Shown here: positions 1 to 9,431 of the stretch, piece by piece
Layout of the letters: every line of letters starts with the position of its first letter
How positions within the stretch are numbered: position 1 is the stretch's first letter
NCBI GenBank assembly: GCA_046539305.1
Contig: JBKHHE010000004.1
Coordinates: 606-64,605 of the forward strand
Reading direction: 5' to 3'
Length of the DNA: 64,000 nt
Source: Candidatus Aenigmatarchaeota archaeon
GTDB taxonomy: Archaea > Aenigmatarchaeota > Aenigmatarchaeia > PWEA01
The notes under the pieces: model-generated
The model's database searches: none
The model's input: only the letters and a program-made list of their open reading frames with translations
What the model was told of the DNA's origin: nothing
Translations under genes and position numbers: made by a program

Positions 1-1
1 G

Positions 2-703
2 GTAAAATCGGATATACCAAAGGACTCGGGAGGACAGAGCAGCTCCACCGCAGTTTTATCCGCGCTCTTGAGGTTTCTCTCCGAAATATACGATGCGAAA
101 GTTCCGAGGAAAGATTACTTCGGACATCTCTACCCGCTCCAGGTCAAAATCCACGGGGGTGCGGCATCGGGATCCGAGCTGACTTCCAGCACCTTCGGCG
201 GGTACAACCGCGTCGTGAAGACCCCTGACAAAGAAAGGCCCGTGGAGTTCGAGAACCTGGGTAACCTGGAGCTGGACCTGGTTATCGGCGATACAGGCAT
301 AGAGGCGAAGACCGGGAAGACCGTGACCCACGTCCGGGAATGCTGGCAGAAAAACAAGGAAGAGTACGGGACTTATTTCGACCAGATAGCCGACCTGGTC
401 GAGGGGGCGGAGGAAGCTATCGCGCAGGAGAACCTGAAACTTCTAGGTGAGCTCATGGACAGGAACCAGGAAATACTCTCCGACAACCTCGACGTTTCAC
501 ACCCGAAGCTCGATGAACTGATCAAGGCCGCAAAAAGCGCAGGAGCCTACGGCGCGAAGCTTTCAGGAGGTGGTGGAGGTGGAATAATGATAGCTCTATG
601 CGACGAAAACAATAAAAAGGACGTGAATAAAGCTATAGAGAAGACTGGTGGGGTTCCAAATACAACGGAGGTGGGTGTTGAGGGTGTTGGGAGGGAAGTT
701 TGA
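2..703 (+). CDS. mvk: mevalonate kinase (GHMP kinase), 5' end cut by window edge
   Basis: ORF 68..703 stays open in frame back to nt 2. That extension encodes the GHMP motif IPKGLGGQSSSTAV. C-terminal GAKLSGGGGGG glycine loop. Lies in a mevalonate-pathway cluster. Confidence 0.85.
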   Translation, partial: VKSDIPKDSGGQSSSTAVLSALLRFLSEIYDAKVPRKDYFGHLYPLQVKIHGGAASGSELTSSTFGGYNRVVKTPDKERPVEFENLGNLELDLVIGDTGIEAKTGKTVTHVRECWQKNKEEYGTYFDQIADLVEGAEEAIAQENLKLLGELMDRNQEILSDNLDVSHPKLDELIKAAKSAGAYGAKLSGGGGGGIMIALCDENNKKDVNKAIEKTGGVPNTTEVGVEGVGREV

Positions 704-704
704 T

Positions 705-1619
705 ATGACGAGAAAGGTAGAGGACTACGAGGTTTCTGGAAAGGTGAACTTGAAGGAGCTGGTTGAGCAGATGGAGGAATCCGGCGGGTTCCAGGCAAAG
801 AACGTGGGAGTCGCGGCCGAGATTCTGAAAGAAATGAAAGAAGACAAAAGATCCACCAACTTCCTCTCTTTTCCCGCGTGTATAGTTTCCACGGGTACCA
901 GAGGCCTTTTACGTGACCTGATAAAGGAAGATATCTTTGACGCCGTTGTTACAACGTGCGGCACCCTGGACCACGACCTTGCGCGGTACTGGGAGGATTA
1001 CTACCACGGAAGCTTCGAGGCGGACGACGTGGAGCTCCATGGAGAGGACACTCACAGGCTCGGAAACGTCTTCGTTCCCGAGTCATCTTACGGGAAGGTG
1101 GTCGAGGACAACATGCAGGAGCTTCTCGAGGAAATATACGAGGAAGGGAAAAACAAACTTGCGCCCTACGAACTGGTCTGGGAGATCGGGAAGAGGATGG
1201 ACGAGGATTCCCTCTGCTACTGGGCGTGGAGGAACGAGATCCCCGTTTTCGTTCCAGGAATAACGGACGGGGCCGTGGGGACACAGGTATGGATGTTCAG
1301 GCAGGACCACGACTTCACCGTGGACGTCTGGAAGGACGAGGACAAGATCTCGGAGATGGTCTACGACTCGGAACGGACCTCCGGGCTCGTGGTGGGCGGA
1401 GGAATCTCGAAACACCACCTCATCTGGTGGAACCAGTTCATCGGCGGACTTCACCGTCTGGTATACGTCACAACGGCACCGGAGTGGGACGGCTCCCTTT
1501 CGGGCGCGAGGCCCGAAGAGGCGATATCCTGGGGAAAGCTGAAGGAGGAAGGGGAGAGCGTGGAGGTGAAGGGCGACGCGACGGTTTTGCTACCGTTGAT
1601 CGTCGGTTCTATCCTGTAA
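705..1619 (+). CDS. dys: deoxyhypusine synthase
   Basis: ATG at 705, 1 nt after the mvk stop. About 304 aa. DHS-like blocks STGTRGLLRDLI and GGGISKHH (catalytic Lys region). Confidence 0.88.
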   Translation: MTRKVEDYEVSGKVNLKELVEQMEESGGFQAKNVGVAAEILKEMKEDKRSTNFLSFPACIVSTGTRGLLRDLIKEDIFDAVVTTCGTLDHDLARYWEDYYHGSFEADDVELHGEDTHRLGNVFVPESSYGKVVEDNMQELLEEIYEEGKNKLAPYELVWEIGKRMDEDSLCYWAWRNEIPVFVPGITDGAVGTQVWMFRQDHDFTVDVWKDEDKISEMVYDSERTSGLVVGGGISKHHLIWWNQFIGGLHRLVYVTTAPEWDGSLSGARPEEAISWGKLKEEGESVEVKGDATVLLPLIVGSIL

Positions 1620-1685
1620 TATGGGTCATTTGTCGAACTCGGATAACGACATTTTTAAATATTTACTCCAAAAAGTTAAGTCAAT

Positions 1686-2990
1686 ATGAGCTTGAGAGAA
1701 TTTCTGGGGGGTGTTGAGGATAAAAATATCCTCAGAGAGAGCGTCAGGCCCGACTATGAACTTCCTGCGCTGATAGCACAGGACGAATCCAAACCCGTTG
1801 TTTTCGAAAACATCGAGGGATATCCTGACTGCAAGGTGGTCTCGAATCTGGTTTCTACGAGAGAGCTGATCTCCAGGGCTTTAAAGACGGAAAGGGGAGA
1901 CCTGATTGGAAAGATAAGCGAATCTCTAGACAGTCCAAAGGAGTGTGAGGTAACCGATCCAGAGTTTGAAAAGGTGGTGGAGAACCCCGACCTACAGGAG
2001 CATTTTCCCGTCCCGATATTTTACAAGAAGAAGAAAAGGAGGTATATGGCGTCTTCCATCGTCATCTCCAAGGACCCAGAGACGGGAGTCCAGAACATGT
2101 CCTTCCACAGGATGATGCTCAGGGAGAAAAACAAGCTCGCCATGCGCCTCGTGAAGAGGCACCTTCACACTATCTATACAAAGTCGGAGAAACCCCTCCA
2201 GATAGCGATAGTTATGGGAGTGGACCCCGCTGTAGAAGTCGCCGCCGCGACGTCGTATTCGCCCGATCTCGACGAGCTGGAGCTCGCGAACACTTATCTT
2301 GACGGAGGTCTGGAGGTGGCGGAGATCGGCGGACTGAAGGTCCCCAGCAAGGCGGAGGTAGTCATGATGGCTGAGATCAAGGACGAGGAAGTTGAGGAGG
2401 GACCTTTCGTGGACCTGTCGAAGACATGGGACATAGAGAGGAAACAGCCCGCGGTGGAGGTGAAGGAGCTTTGGATGAGGGACGATCCCAGGGTAAGGAT
2501 ATTGCTGCCTGGGAAGAAGGAGCACAGCCACCTTATGGGAGTTCCCCAGGAGCCGAGGATATACAAAATCGTGGAGAATACCGTGCCTACCGTGAAGAAT
2601 GTGGTCCTGACACCCGGAGGATGTTCCTGGCTGCACAGCGTGGTTCAGATAAATAAAAGGAACGAAGGGGATGCTAAGAACGCTGGGATGGCGGCTCTGG
2701 CAGCGCACCCGTCCATGAAAAAGGTCACGGTCGTGGACGAGGACGTGGATCCTGCGGACCCAGAACAGGTGGAGTGGGCCACCGCGACGAGGATGCAGCC
2801 CCACAAAGACATAATATTCATAGAGCGCGCCAAGGGCTCTTCCCTTGACCCGTCACAGGACTACGAGAACAGGTTGATGACCAAGTGGATAGTCGACGCT
2901 ACCGTGCCTTACGAAGATAAGGATCCCGGGGACTTCGAGAGGGCCGAACTTCCCAGAGAGGGCAACGTCGACCTGGAGGATTACAGGTGA
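1686..2990 (+). CDS. UbiD-family decarboxylase; candidate trans-anhydromevalonate-phosphate decarboxylase
   Basis: 434 aa. UbiD-type EGPFVD motif and overall UbiD length. The pathway role is inferred only from its position between mvk and the aconitase-X genes. Confidence 0.75.
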   Translation: MSLREFLGGVEDKNILRESVRPDYELPALIAQDESKPVVFENIEGYPDCKVVSNLVSTRELISRALKTERGDLIGKISESLDSPKECEVTDPEFEKVVENPDLQEHFPVPIFYKKKKRRYMASSIVISKDPETGVQNMSFHRMMLREKNKLAMRLVKRHLHTIYTKSEKPLQIAIVMGVDPAVEVAAATSYSPDLDELELANTYLDGGLEVAEIGGLKVPSKAEVVMMAEIKDEEVEEGPFVDLSKTWDIERKQPAVEVKELWMRDDPRVRILLPGKKEHSHLMGVPQEPRIYKIVENTVPTVKNVVLTPGGCSWLHSVVQINKRNEGDAKNAGMAALAAHPSMKKVTVVDEDVDPADPEQVEWATATRMQPHKDIIFIERAKGSSLDPSQDYENRLMTKWIVDATVPYEDKDPGDFERAELPREGNVDLEDYR

Positions 2991-2994
2991 TAGG

Positions 2995-3579
2995 ATGAAC
3001 AAAGAAGACATGAGAAATATAGAGGATCTGTACGAGAAAGGACAGGAGCCAATTCCTGCCCATTCCTTTGAGAACCACGTGCTTGAAGTTTACGAAAATG
3101 CGAAAAATTTAATAGAAGAGGAAAACGTCGAGGATGAGGTCGTGGAATATGCAGCTCTTCTTCATGACGTGGGAAGGTATTATCCTAGGGAGAACAGTCA
3201 TGCTGAGAAAGGCTCGGAAATTGCGAAGAAATTTCTGATTGAAAAGCTTGGAAAGAGTAAGGAGTTTGCTGAAAAGGTCTCCGAATGCATAAGGTTTCAC
3301 TCAAACAGGCCAGGTGTTGAGCCACCGAGCCGCGAGGCAGAGCTTGTATGGGTTGCTGACAAGATGCACGCTTTGGGTATGACAGGGCTTTTCAGATACT
3401 TGCTTTCTTTGGGAGGGAAGGAGTGCTCCTGTGAAGAGGCCGTAAATCTTCTCAAAACCAGAATAGAGACGGCCGAAGAGCGAATCAGGGACTTTGGATT
3501 CGAGGAGCTGATTTCTGGACTTGATCCGATCAAGAAGGCTGTGAAAAAGTACGAGGAGGAGAACGATGCATCTGACTGA
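2995..3579 (+). CDS. HD-domain metal-dependent phosphohydrolase
   Basis: LLHDVGR HD motif, a second His in RFHSNR, 194 aa. Its 3' end overlaps the next gene by 14 nt. Confidence 0.75.
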   Translation: MNKEDMRNIEDLYEKGQEPIPAHSFENHVLEVYENAKNLIEEENVEDEVVEYAALLHDVGRYYPRENSHAEKGSEIAKKFLIEKLGKSKEFAEKVSECIRFHSNRPGVEPPSREAELVWVADKMHALGMTGLFRYLLSLGGKECSCEEAVNLLKTRIETAEERIRDFGFEELISGLDPIKKAVKKYEEENDASD

Positions 3580-4741
3580 GGAAGAGGAGAAGATGCTGGA
3601 GTCGGACAACCCGGCTGTGCGCAAGGCCATGAAGCTCTTGGTAAAGCTTGGTGATATTTACGGTGCGGAGGAGATGGTGGAGGTGAGTTCTGCTCAGGCC
3701 TCGGGCGTTTCGTACAAGTCCATAGGCGACCCGGGGATGAAGTTTCTTGAGGAGTTTGCCGATGAAGGTGCAGAGGTCTCCGTGCCCACATTTGCAAATC
3801 CCGCGGGCATGGATCTTGATAACTGGAGTAACATGAATATTTCTGAGAAGTTCGCGGAAAAACAGAAGAGGATAATAGACGCGATGAAGCAAATGGGGAT
3901 AAACATAACCACCTCCTGCACACCCTATTTATGGAGCAACCTGCCCCGGAGAAACGAGCACATAGCCTGGGCCGAATCTTCGGCGGTTTCGTTTGCGAAC
4001 TCTGTTATTGGAGCCAGGACAAACAGGGAGGGAGGACCCTCTGCCCTTGCCGCGGCCATAACAGGCAGGACCCCGAAGCACGGGCTCCACCTGGAGGAGA
4101 ACAGGGAGCCCACGCACGTGGTGGAAGTTGACGCTGATATGGAAGAAATATCGGACTTCGGCGCCCTCGGCTCCTGGGTCGGGGAGAGAGTAGAGGATGG
4201 AAAGCCCTACTTCTTTGGAATTGGTTCGGCGGGAACGGACCAGCTCAAGTCCCTGGGCGCAGCTATGGCCGCGTCCGGTGCCGTTGCCCTGTACTTTGTA
4301 GAGGATATAACTGTGGATCCTATGGATGTCTCCGGCCTGGAAAGACTGGAGTTTACTGGAAACGAGATGGAAAAAGAGTACGAAAGCCTGAGCAAATCCC
4401 GGGAACCGGAGCTCGTGGTCTTTGGCTGTCCTCACTGCTCGATAAGTGAGATAGAGGAGATTGCGAAGGGTCTGGAGGGGGAAGAATTGAAGAAAGATCT
4501 CTGGGTCCTCACAAGCAAGGCGGTGAAGGCCTGGGCGGACAGGATGGGATATACGCAGACTATCGAAGAGGCGGGAGGTCAGGTCCTGTCCGATACTTGT
4601 AACGTCGTCTGTCCCATAGAGGATATGAAATATGAGAGGACCGGAACCAATTCGGGGAAGGCCGCAAACTACTTGCCTGGGTTTTGCGAGCAGGATGTAA
4701 CTTTTGCAAGCAAGGACGAGCTTCTCGACATGGTGATTTGA
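3566..4741 (+). CDS. aconitase-X catalytic-domain protein (DUF521); candidate phosphomevalonate dehydratase large subunit
   Basis: 391 aa with a DUF521/AcnX-like sequence. Immediately followed by the cognate small swivel-domain subunit. Confidence 0.72.
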   Translation: MHLTEEEEKMLESDNPAVRKAMKLLVKLGDIYGAEEMVEVSSAQASGVSYKSIGDPGMKFLEEFADEGAEVSVPTFANPAGMDLDNWSNMNISEKFAEKQKRIIDAMKQMGINITTSCTPYLWSNLPRRNEHIAWAESSAVSFANSVIGARTNREGGPSALAAAITGRTPKHGLHLEENREPTHVVEVDADMEEISDFGALGSWVGERVEDGKPYFFGIGSAGTDQLKSLGAAMAASGAVALYFVEDITVDPMDVSGLERLEFTGNEMEKEYESLSKSREPELVVFGCPHCSISEIEEIAKGLEGEELKKDLWVLTSKAVKAWADRMGYTQTIEEAGGQVLSDTCNVVCPIEDMKYERTGTNSGKAANYLPGFCEQDVTFASKDELLDMVI

Positions 4742-5142
4742 TGAAGGTAGAAGGTAGGGGTGTGACAGAAGGAAAAGCGGAAGGTGAAGTTTTGATTTCC
4801 GAGGAGCCGATAGGCTTCTACGGAGCGGTTGATATAGATACTGGGGAGTTTATCGAAGAGGGACACGAGCTCGAAGGGGAAAATATCTCGGGCAAGGTCC
4901 TGGTTTTCCCTAAGGGAAAGGGTTCTACGGTCGGTTCCTACGTACTTTACGGGCTTGCGAAGAACGGTGAGGCTCCCGCGGCCGTGGTCAACAAAGAAAC
5001 GGAAACGATAGTCGCGACCGGTTGTATACTCGGCGAGATACCATGTGTGGACAGACTTGATTCAAACCCCGTGGAGACCCTGAAAGAGGGAGATAGCGTC
5101 AAAGTAAATGCAGATGACGGACTCGTGACGGTGAGAGGATGA
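4741..5142 (+). CDS. aconitase-X swivel-domain protein (DUF126); candidate phosphomevalonate dehydratase small subunit
   Basis: ATG overlaps the upstream TGA (TGATG). 133 aa. PIGFYGAVDIDTGEF and GKGSTVGSYVLYGLAKNGEAPAA blocks are typical of DUF126. Confidence 0.7.
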   Translation: MKVEGRGVTEGKAEGEVLISEEPIGFYGAVDIDTGEFIEEGHELEGENISGKVLVFPKGKGSTVGSYVLYGLAKNGEAPAAVVNKETETIVATGCILGEIPCVDRLDSNPVETLKEGDSVKVNADDGLVTVRG

Positions 5143-5921
5143 AAGGACTCAAGATGCTCAAGATAGGAGGATCGGTAATTACGGAGAAGGATAAAGATGA
5201 ACCCTCGCCTGACATACAAAACATGGAAAGGGTGGCCGAGGAGATAAGCAAGGGTTTGGAAGACAGTACAGGACTTGTTCTTATACACGGTGCAGGAAGT
5301 TATGGACATCCTATCGTGAAAAGAACGGAGATACATAAAGGTCTCGAGACTGATGAGGACAAGGTCAACTTTGCCAAGACACAGCGCCTTCAAAATGAAC
5401 TCAACTCGATATTTACTCAGAAATTGATAGAAGAAGACTTGCCTGCTTTTCCCGTTCAGGCTTCGGCCTCCGCAGTGATGGATGATAGACTTAAAAAGAT
5501 GAACGTGGAAGTCGTAAGAAAACTGGTTGGAATCGGTGTAATTCCTGTTCTATACGGTGTCCCTGCTTACGACGAAAATAAGGGCTGCTCCATTCTTTCC
5601 GGGGACGAAATAATGCCTTATCTCGCCGATAGGCTCGGAGTCGACACTGTTCTCCATGGCACTAACGTGGACGGTATTTATACTTCCGACCCCCGGAAAA
5701 GCGAGGATGCTGAACTTATAAGAAAGTTAGAGTCGTGGGAGCAAGTCGAAGAATATTTAGGAGACAGCAAGGATACTGATGTGACGGGAGGAATGTTGAA
5801 CAAGGTAAAAAAGATAATGGATGTGGGAGTTCGAGGGAGAATTTTCGATGTGTCCGAGGAAGGGAACCTTGAGAAAGTTCTTCGCGGAGAGGATATAGGC
5901 ACCCTGGTTGAAGGAGATTAA
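5139..5921 (+). CDS. isopentenyl phosphate kinase (amino-acid-kinase fold)
   Basis: KIGGSVITEK and IHGAGSYGH motifs. ATGA overlap with the upstream gene. Confidence 0.85.
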   Translation: MKGLKMLKIGGSVITEKDKDEPSPDIQNMERVAEEISKGLEDSTGLVLIHGAGSYGHPIVKRTEIHKGLETDEDKVNFAKTQRLQNELNSIFTQKLIEEDLPAFPVQASASAVMDDRLKKMNVEVVRKLVGIGVIPVLYGVPAYDENKGCSILSGDEIMPYLADRLGVDTVLHGTNVDGIYTSDPRKSEDAELIRKLESWEQVEEYLGDSKDTDVTGGMLNKVKKIMDVGVRGRIFDVSEEGNLEKVLRGEDIGTLVEGD

Positions 5922-5976
5922 ACGGAGAAGCAATAGGCCTCAATTTATATTTACCTCCGGTTCAAATATTATTCCT

Positions 5977-7638
5977 ATGAAATACTCCAAGCTCTGCGAC
6001 TACTACGAGCGGCTGGAAGGGACCACTAAAAACCTGGAGATGCGCGACATAGTCGCGGAGCTTCTGGAGGAAACATCCGAGGAGGACATAGAGCTTATAA
6101 CTCTGGCTTCGATGGGGAGGATTTTCCCTGCTTCCGTGAACAAGGATATAGGTATAGCCGGGAAGCTGATGCAGGACATTATCTCGAGGGCCTACGGAGT
6201 GAGCGAGGACGAGGTGGTCGAAAAGTTCAAGGAGACCGGCGACCTCGGCAAAGCTGCTGAACACTTCTGTGGTAACAGGAGACAGAGGAGCCTGATGGAA
6301 AAGGAACTGACGGTCAGGAACGTCTACGAGAACTTAAGGGAGCTTCCCGAGACCACGGGAAAGGGTTCCGAGAAGAGGAAGGAAGGTCTTGTAAAGGAAC
6401 TTCTTGTATCGGCGGAGCCCGTCGAGGCACGTTATATCGTGCGAACGACCCTGCAGGAGATGCGGATAGGTGTTGGTGAGGGTACGGTGAGGGACGCGAT
6501 AGCCGAGGCCTTCGAAGTTCCTGCAGAAAAAGTGGAAAACGCCTTCTTCAAACTAACCAACTACGGCGAGGTAGCGAGAATAGCCAAGAAGGAGGGCGGG
6601 AAGGGGCTGGAAGACGTGGGAGTTGAAGTTGGAAGGCCTCTAAGCGTGATGCTCGCCGAGATCTCCGAGGGGCTGGAGCAGGCGATGGATGAATACGAGA
6701 ACACGGCATTGGAGGTTAAATTAGATGGCTTCAGGGGACAGATCCACAAGGAGGGTGATGATATAACGCTTTTCTCACGTCGTCTGGAGGATAAGACGAG
6801 ACAGTTCCCGGAGGTGGTGGAATGGGCCAGGGAATGTCTGAAGGCGGAGGAGTGTATAGTCGACTGTGAGATAGTAGCGGTGGATGAAGACGGAAATCCT
6901 TTACCCTTCCAGAACCTGTCCAAGAGAATAGAGAGGAAGTACAACATCAAGGAAACGAGGAGGGAGATACCGGTTCAGGTTAACTGTTTCGACCTGTTTT
7001 ACGTGGAGGGTGAGAGCTTTATGGAGAAAAGCCTCAAGGAAAGGTGGAAAAGGCTTGAGGAAATAGTGGAGGAGAAGGACGGAAGGTTCAAGCTCGTGGA
7101 ACATATAGAGACGGGGGACATGGACAAGGCGAACCAGTTTTACCAGAAGGCGCTAAAGCAAAGCCAAGAGGGTATAATGGTGAAAAACCTGGATGCGAGA
7201 TATCAGCCAGGAAAGAGGGTCGGCTACTGGCAGAAGGTCAAGGAGACTATGGAACCTCTGGATCTGGTCATCGTAGAAGGAATATGGGGCGAGGGCAAGA
7301 GATCAAACTGGATCTCGTCTTTAATGCTTGCAGTCAGAAACCCGGATACCGGCGAGTTCCTAAAGACCGGGAAGATGGCCACAGGCATGACGGAGGAACA
7401 GCTGGAGGAGATTACTGAAAAGTTGCAGGAGTTGATCCTGAAAGAAGAGGGGAGAAGGATTATGGTAAAGCCGGAGATCGTGGTCGAAGTTGGGTATGAG
7501 GAAATTCAGGAAAGCCCGAAATATGAAACGGGCTACGCGCTGAGATTCCCGAGGCTCCTTCGCTTCAGGTCAAACAAAGGCCCGAAGGACGCCGACACGA
7601 TGGAAAGACTTAAAAATCTTTACGATAAGCAGAATTAA
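5977..7638 (+). CDS. lig: ATP-dependent DNA ligase
   Basis: Motif I KLDGFRGQIH, then EGIMVK and WQKVK. Start moved to ATG 5977 (MKYSKLCDYYERLE), about 30 nt downstream of TATA-like CAATTTATATTTACC. Confidence 0.9.
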   Translation: MKYSKLCDYYERLEGTTKNLEMRDIVAELLEETSEEDIELITLASMGRIFPASVNKDIGIAGKLMQDIISRAYGVSEDEVVEKFKETGDLGKAAEHFCGNRRQRSLMEKELTVRNVYENLRELPETTGKGSEKRKEGLVKELLVSAEPVEARYIVRTTLQEMRIGVGEGTVRDAIAEAFEVPAEKVENAFFKLTNYGEVARIAKKEGGKGLEDVGVEVGRPLSVMLAEISEGLEQAMDEYENTALEVKLDGFRGQIHKEGDDITLFSRRLEDKTRQFPEVVEWARECLKAEECIVDCEIVAVDEDGNPLPFQNLSKRIERKYNIKETRREIPVQVNCFDLFYVEGESFMEKSLKERWKRLEEIVEEKDGRFKLVEHIETGDMDKANQFYQKALKQSQEGIMVKNLDARYQPGKRVGYWQKVKETMEPLDLVIVEGIWGEGKRSNWISSLMLAVRNPDTGEFLKTGKMATGMTEEQLEEITEKLQELILKEEGRRIMVKPEIVVEVGYEEIQESPKYETGYALRFPRLLRFRSNKGPKDADTMERLKNLYDKQN

Positions 7639-7704
7639 TAGTTACTACAGATAAGTGAAAAATATTTAAATGTGTGGGACGCATAAAAGAATGGGTGTAA
7701 TAAT

Positions 7705-8523
7705 ATGGTTGCTTCCGAGGAAGTACTGGATCAGTTGAAGACCCTTGGACTTAACTCCTATCAGAGAAAGCTGTGGGCTGCACTTCTTTCCAATGGAGCT
7801 TCTACTGCCGGAGAACTTTCCGACATCTCGGATGTCCCGAGGAGCAGGACCTACGACGTTCTAGAAAGCCTTGAGGATTTAGGTCTCGTAAAAATACAGA
7901 CGGGTAAACCCATGAAATATCTTCCTGTGGATCCTGAAGAAGCTCTCGAAAGACTGAAGAAAAAACACAAGGAAGAGTACAAGGAGACGAAGAAGAAGAT
8001 CGACAGGTTTAAAGAGAGCGAAACGTTTGAGGAGTTAGATAAATTATACAACGGCGGTGTTGAGTCGACAGATCCTGGAGAGTTCTCAGGCGCTCTGAAG
8101 GGAAGATATCAGCTTCTTCAGCAACTTGAAACCATGTTCAAAAACTCCAAGGATAGGATACATGTCGTTACTTCCAAAGAAGGTATCAAGGAAATATACA
8201 ATAACCACGTCAACCATCTACAAGATGCCAGTGACAGGGGCGTTGATGTCAAAATAGCCGCGCCGATCAGTGATGAAGTAGAGGAGCTCGTGGATAAGCT
8301 TTCAGATTTTGCTGAAATCAGACATATTCCCGAAACCGAGGATTTCCTCGGAAGGTTTTCCGTAGTGGACGGTAATGAATTTGCCTTTGCTTTAACTCAT
8401 GAGGATGAGGTCCACCCCACACAGGACGTTTCTTTCTGGTCTCAGAGCGATCACGCCGCTGGGGACTTCCTGGAGCCACTTTTCCAGAACTACTGGGGGA
8501 ACCTTAAGGAGTGGAGTAGGTAG
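7705..8523 (+). CDS. TrmB-family transcriptional regulator
   Basis: N-terminal winged-helix LGLNSYQRKLWAALLSNGASTAGELSDISDVPRSRTYDVLESLEDLGLV, plus a TrmB-type C-terminal domain. Confidence 0.8.
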   Translation: MVASEEVLDQLKTLGLNSYQRKLWAALLSNGASTAGELSDISDVPRSRTYDVLESLEDLGLVKIQTGKPMKYLPVDPEEALERLKKKHKEEYKETKKKIDRFKESETFEELDKLYNGGVESTDPGEFSGALKGRYQLLQQLETMFKNSKDRIHVVTSKEGIKEIYNNHVNHLQDASDRGVDVKIAAPISDEVEELVDKLSDFAEIRHIPETEDFLGRFSVVDGNEFAFALTHEDEVHPTQDVSFWSQSDHAAGDFLEPLFQNYWGNLKEWSR

Positions 8524-8524
8524 T

Positions 8525-9397
8525 TTATCCGGCCAGTGCGTAGAGTTTGGGGAAGTCAGCCTCCGTTGCTTTAATAACTTTTTCCTGGGCAGTTTCCATT
8601 TCTCCTTCTGCTCCAAGAAGTATGTCGATCAGGCCTACAGTTTCCCTGTATTCATTGAGGGTAACATCCTCGTTGAGGAGATTTTTGAAGATTTCTTTGG
8701 CTTCTTTCCTTCCACCAAGCTGGTCAACAAGGCCGTATTCCTTGGCTTCTTCACCAAGGATTATTTGACCTCTGGACATCCCTTTAATATTCTCATCTGT
8801 TATGTTCCTGTTTTCTGCGACTGTCTCTATGAACTTGGAGTGAACCCCGTCGAGCATGTTTTGGAAAATTTCTCTCTCCTTTTCCGTGAGGTTTCTGTAC
8901 GGTGATCCCATGTCTTTGAGGTCGCCCTCTGCTAACCTCACGTATTCCACGCCGTACTCCTCCATCAGCTCCGAGTATTCAAGATAAGAGGAAGTCACTC
9001 CTATGCCCCCAGTCATGGTCAGGGGATCGGCGACTATCCTATCACATGCGGATGATGCCCAGTATGCTCCCGAGGTCGCGTAGTCCTGGAACTGACAGAC
9101 CGTAAATTCCTCCACATCGCTTATGACCTTTTCGAGCTGGCTGGAGGCAACAACAGTCCCTCCCGGGGAGTTTATCTGGAAGAGAAATCCTTCTGCGCCC
9201 TCCTTTCTGGCCTCCCCGATCCGGTCTTGGATAACTTCGGGAGATGCCTCCATGGATTGGGGTCCAATAGTCCCTCGGACCGGTATCACTGCTACTTCCG
9301 TTCCCCTCAACCTTTCGACAGGCGCAAAGGCCGCAAGAGCTGCAGTCAGTATTCCCACCAAGACCAGGAGCACGACAATTATCTTTCCTTTCTCCAT
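8525..9397 (-). CDS. sppA: signal peptide peptidase SppA (S49 family)
   Basis: N-terminal TM segment and S49-like blocks INSPGGTV and ATSGAYWASSACD. Confidence 0.8.
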   Translation of the reverse strand: MEKGKIIVVLLVLVGILTAALAAFAPVERLRGTEVAVIPVRGTIGPQSMEASPEVIQDRIGEARKEGAEGFLFQINSPGGTVVASSQLEKVISDVEEFTVCQFQDYATSGAYWASSACDRIVADPLTMTGGIGVTSSYLEYSELMEEYGVEYVRLAEGDLKDMGSPYRNLTEKEREIFQNMLDGVHSKFIETVAENRNITDENIKGMSRGQIILGEEAKEYGLVDQLGGRKEAKEIFKNLLNEDVTLNEYRETVGLIDILLGAEGEMETAQEKVIKATEADFPKLYALAG

Positions 9398-9431
9398 AAG
9401 ACATACTTTGAACTTCTGATTAATAAAAGAA

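Noticed and set aside
3297-3923. Long antisense ORFs listed in the track, for example 3297..3923(-), 1992..2804(-), 24309..25082(-), 32365..33000(-), 46917..47690(-), 49326..50147(-), 50726..51604(-) and 956..1717(+).
   Set aside because: Each lies opposite to, or out of frame with, a gene with strong motif support. Their products are low-complexity (S/P/R/L-rich), as expected from reading purine-rich Glu/Lys codons in the wrong frame.
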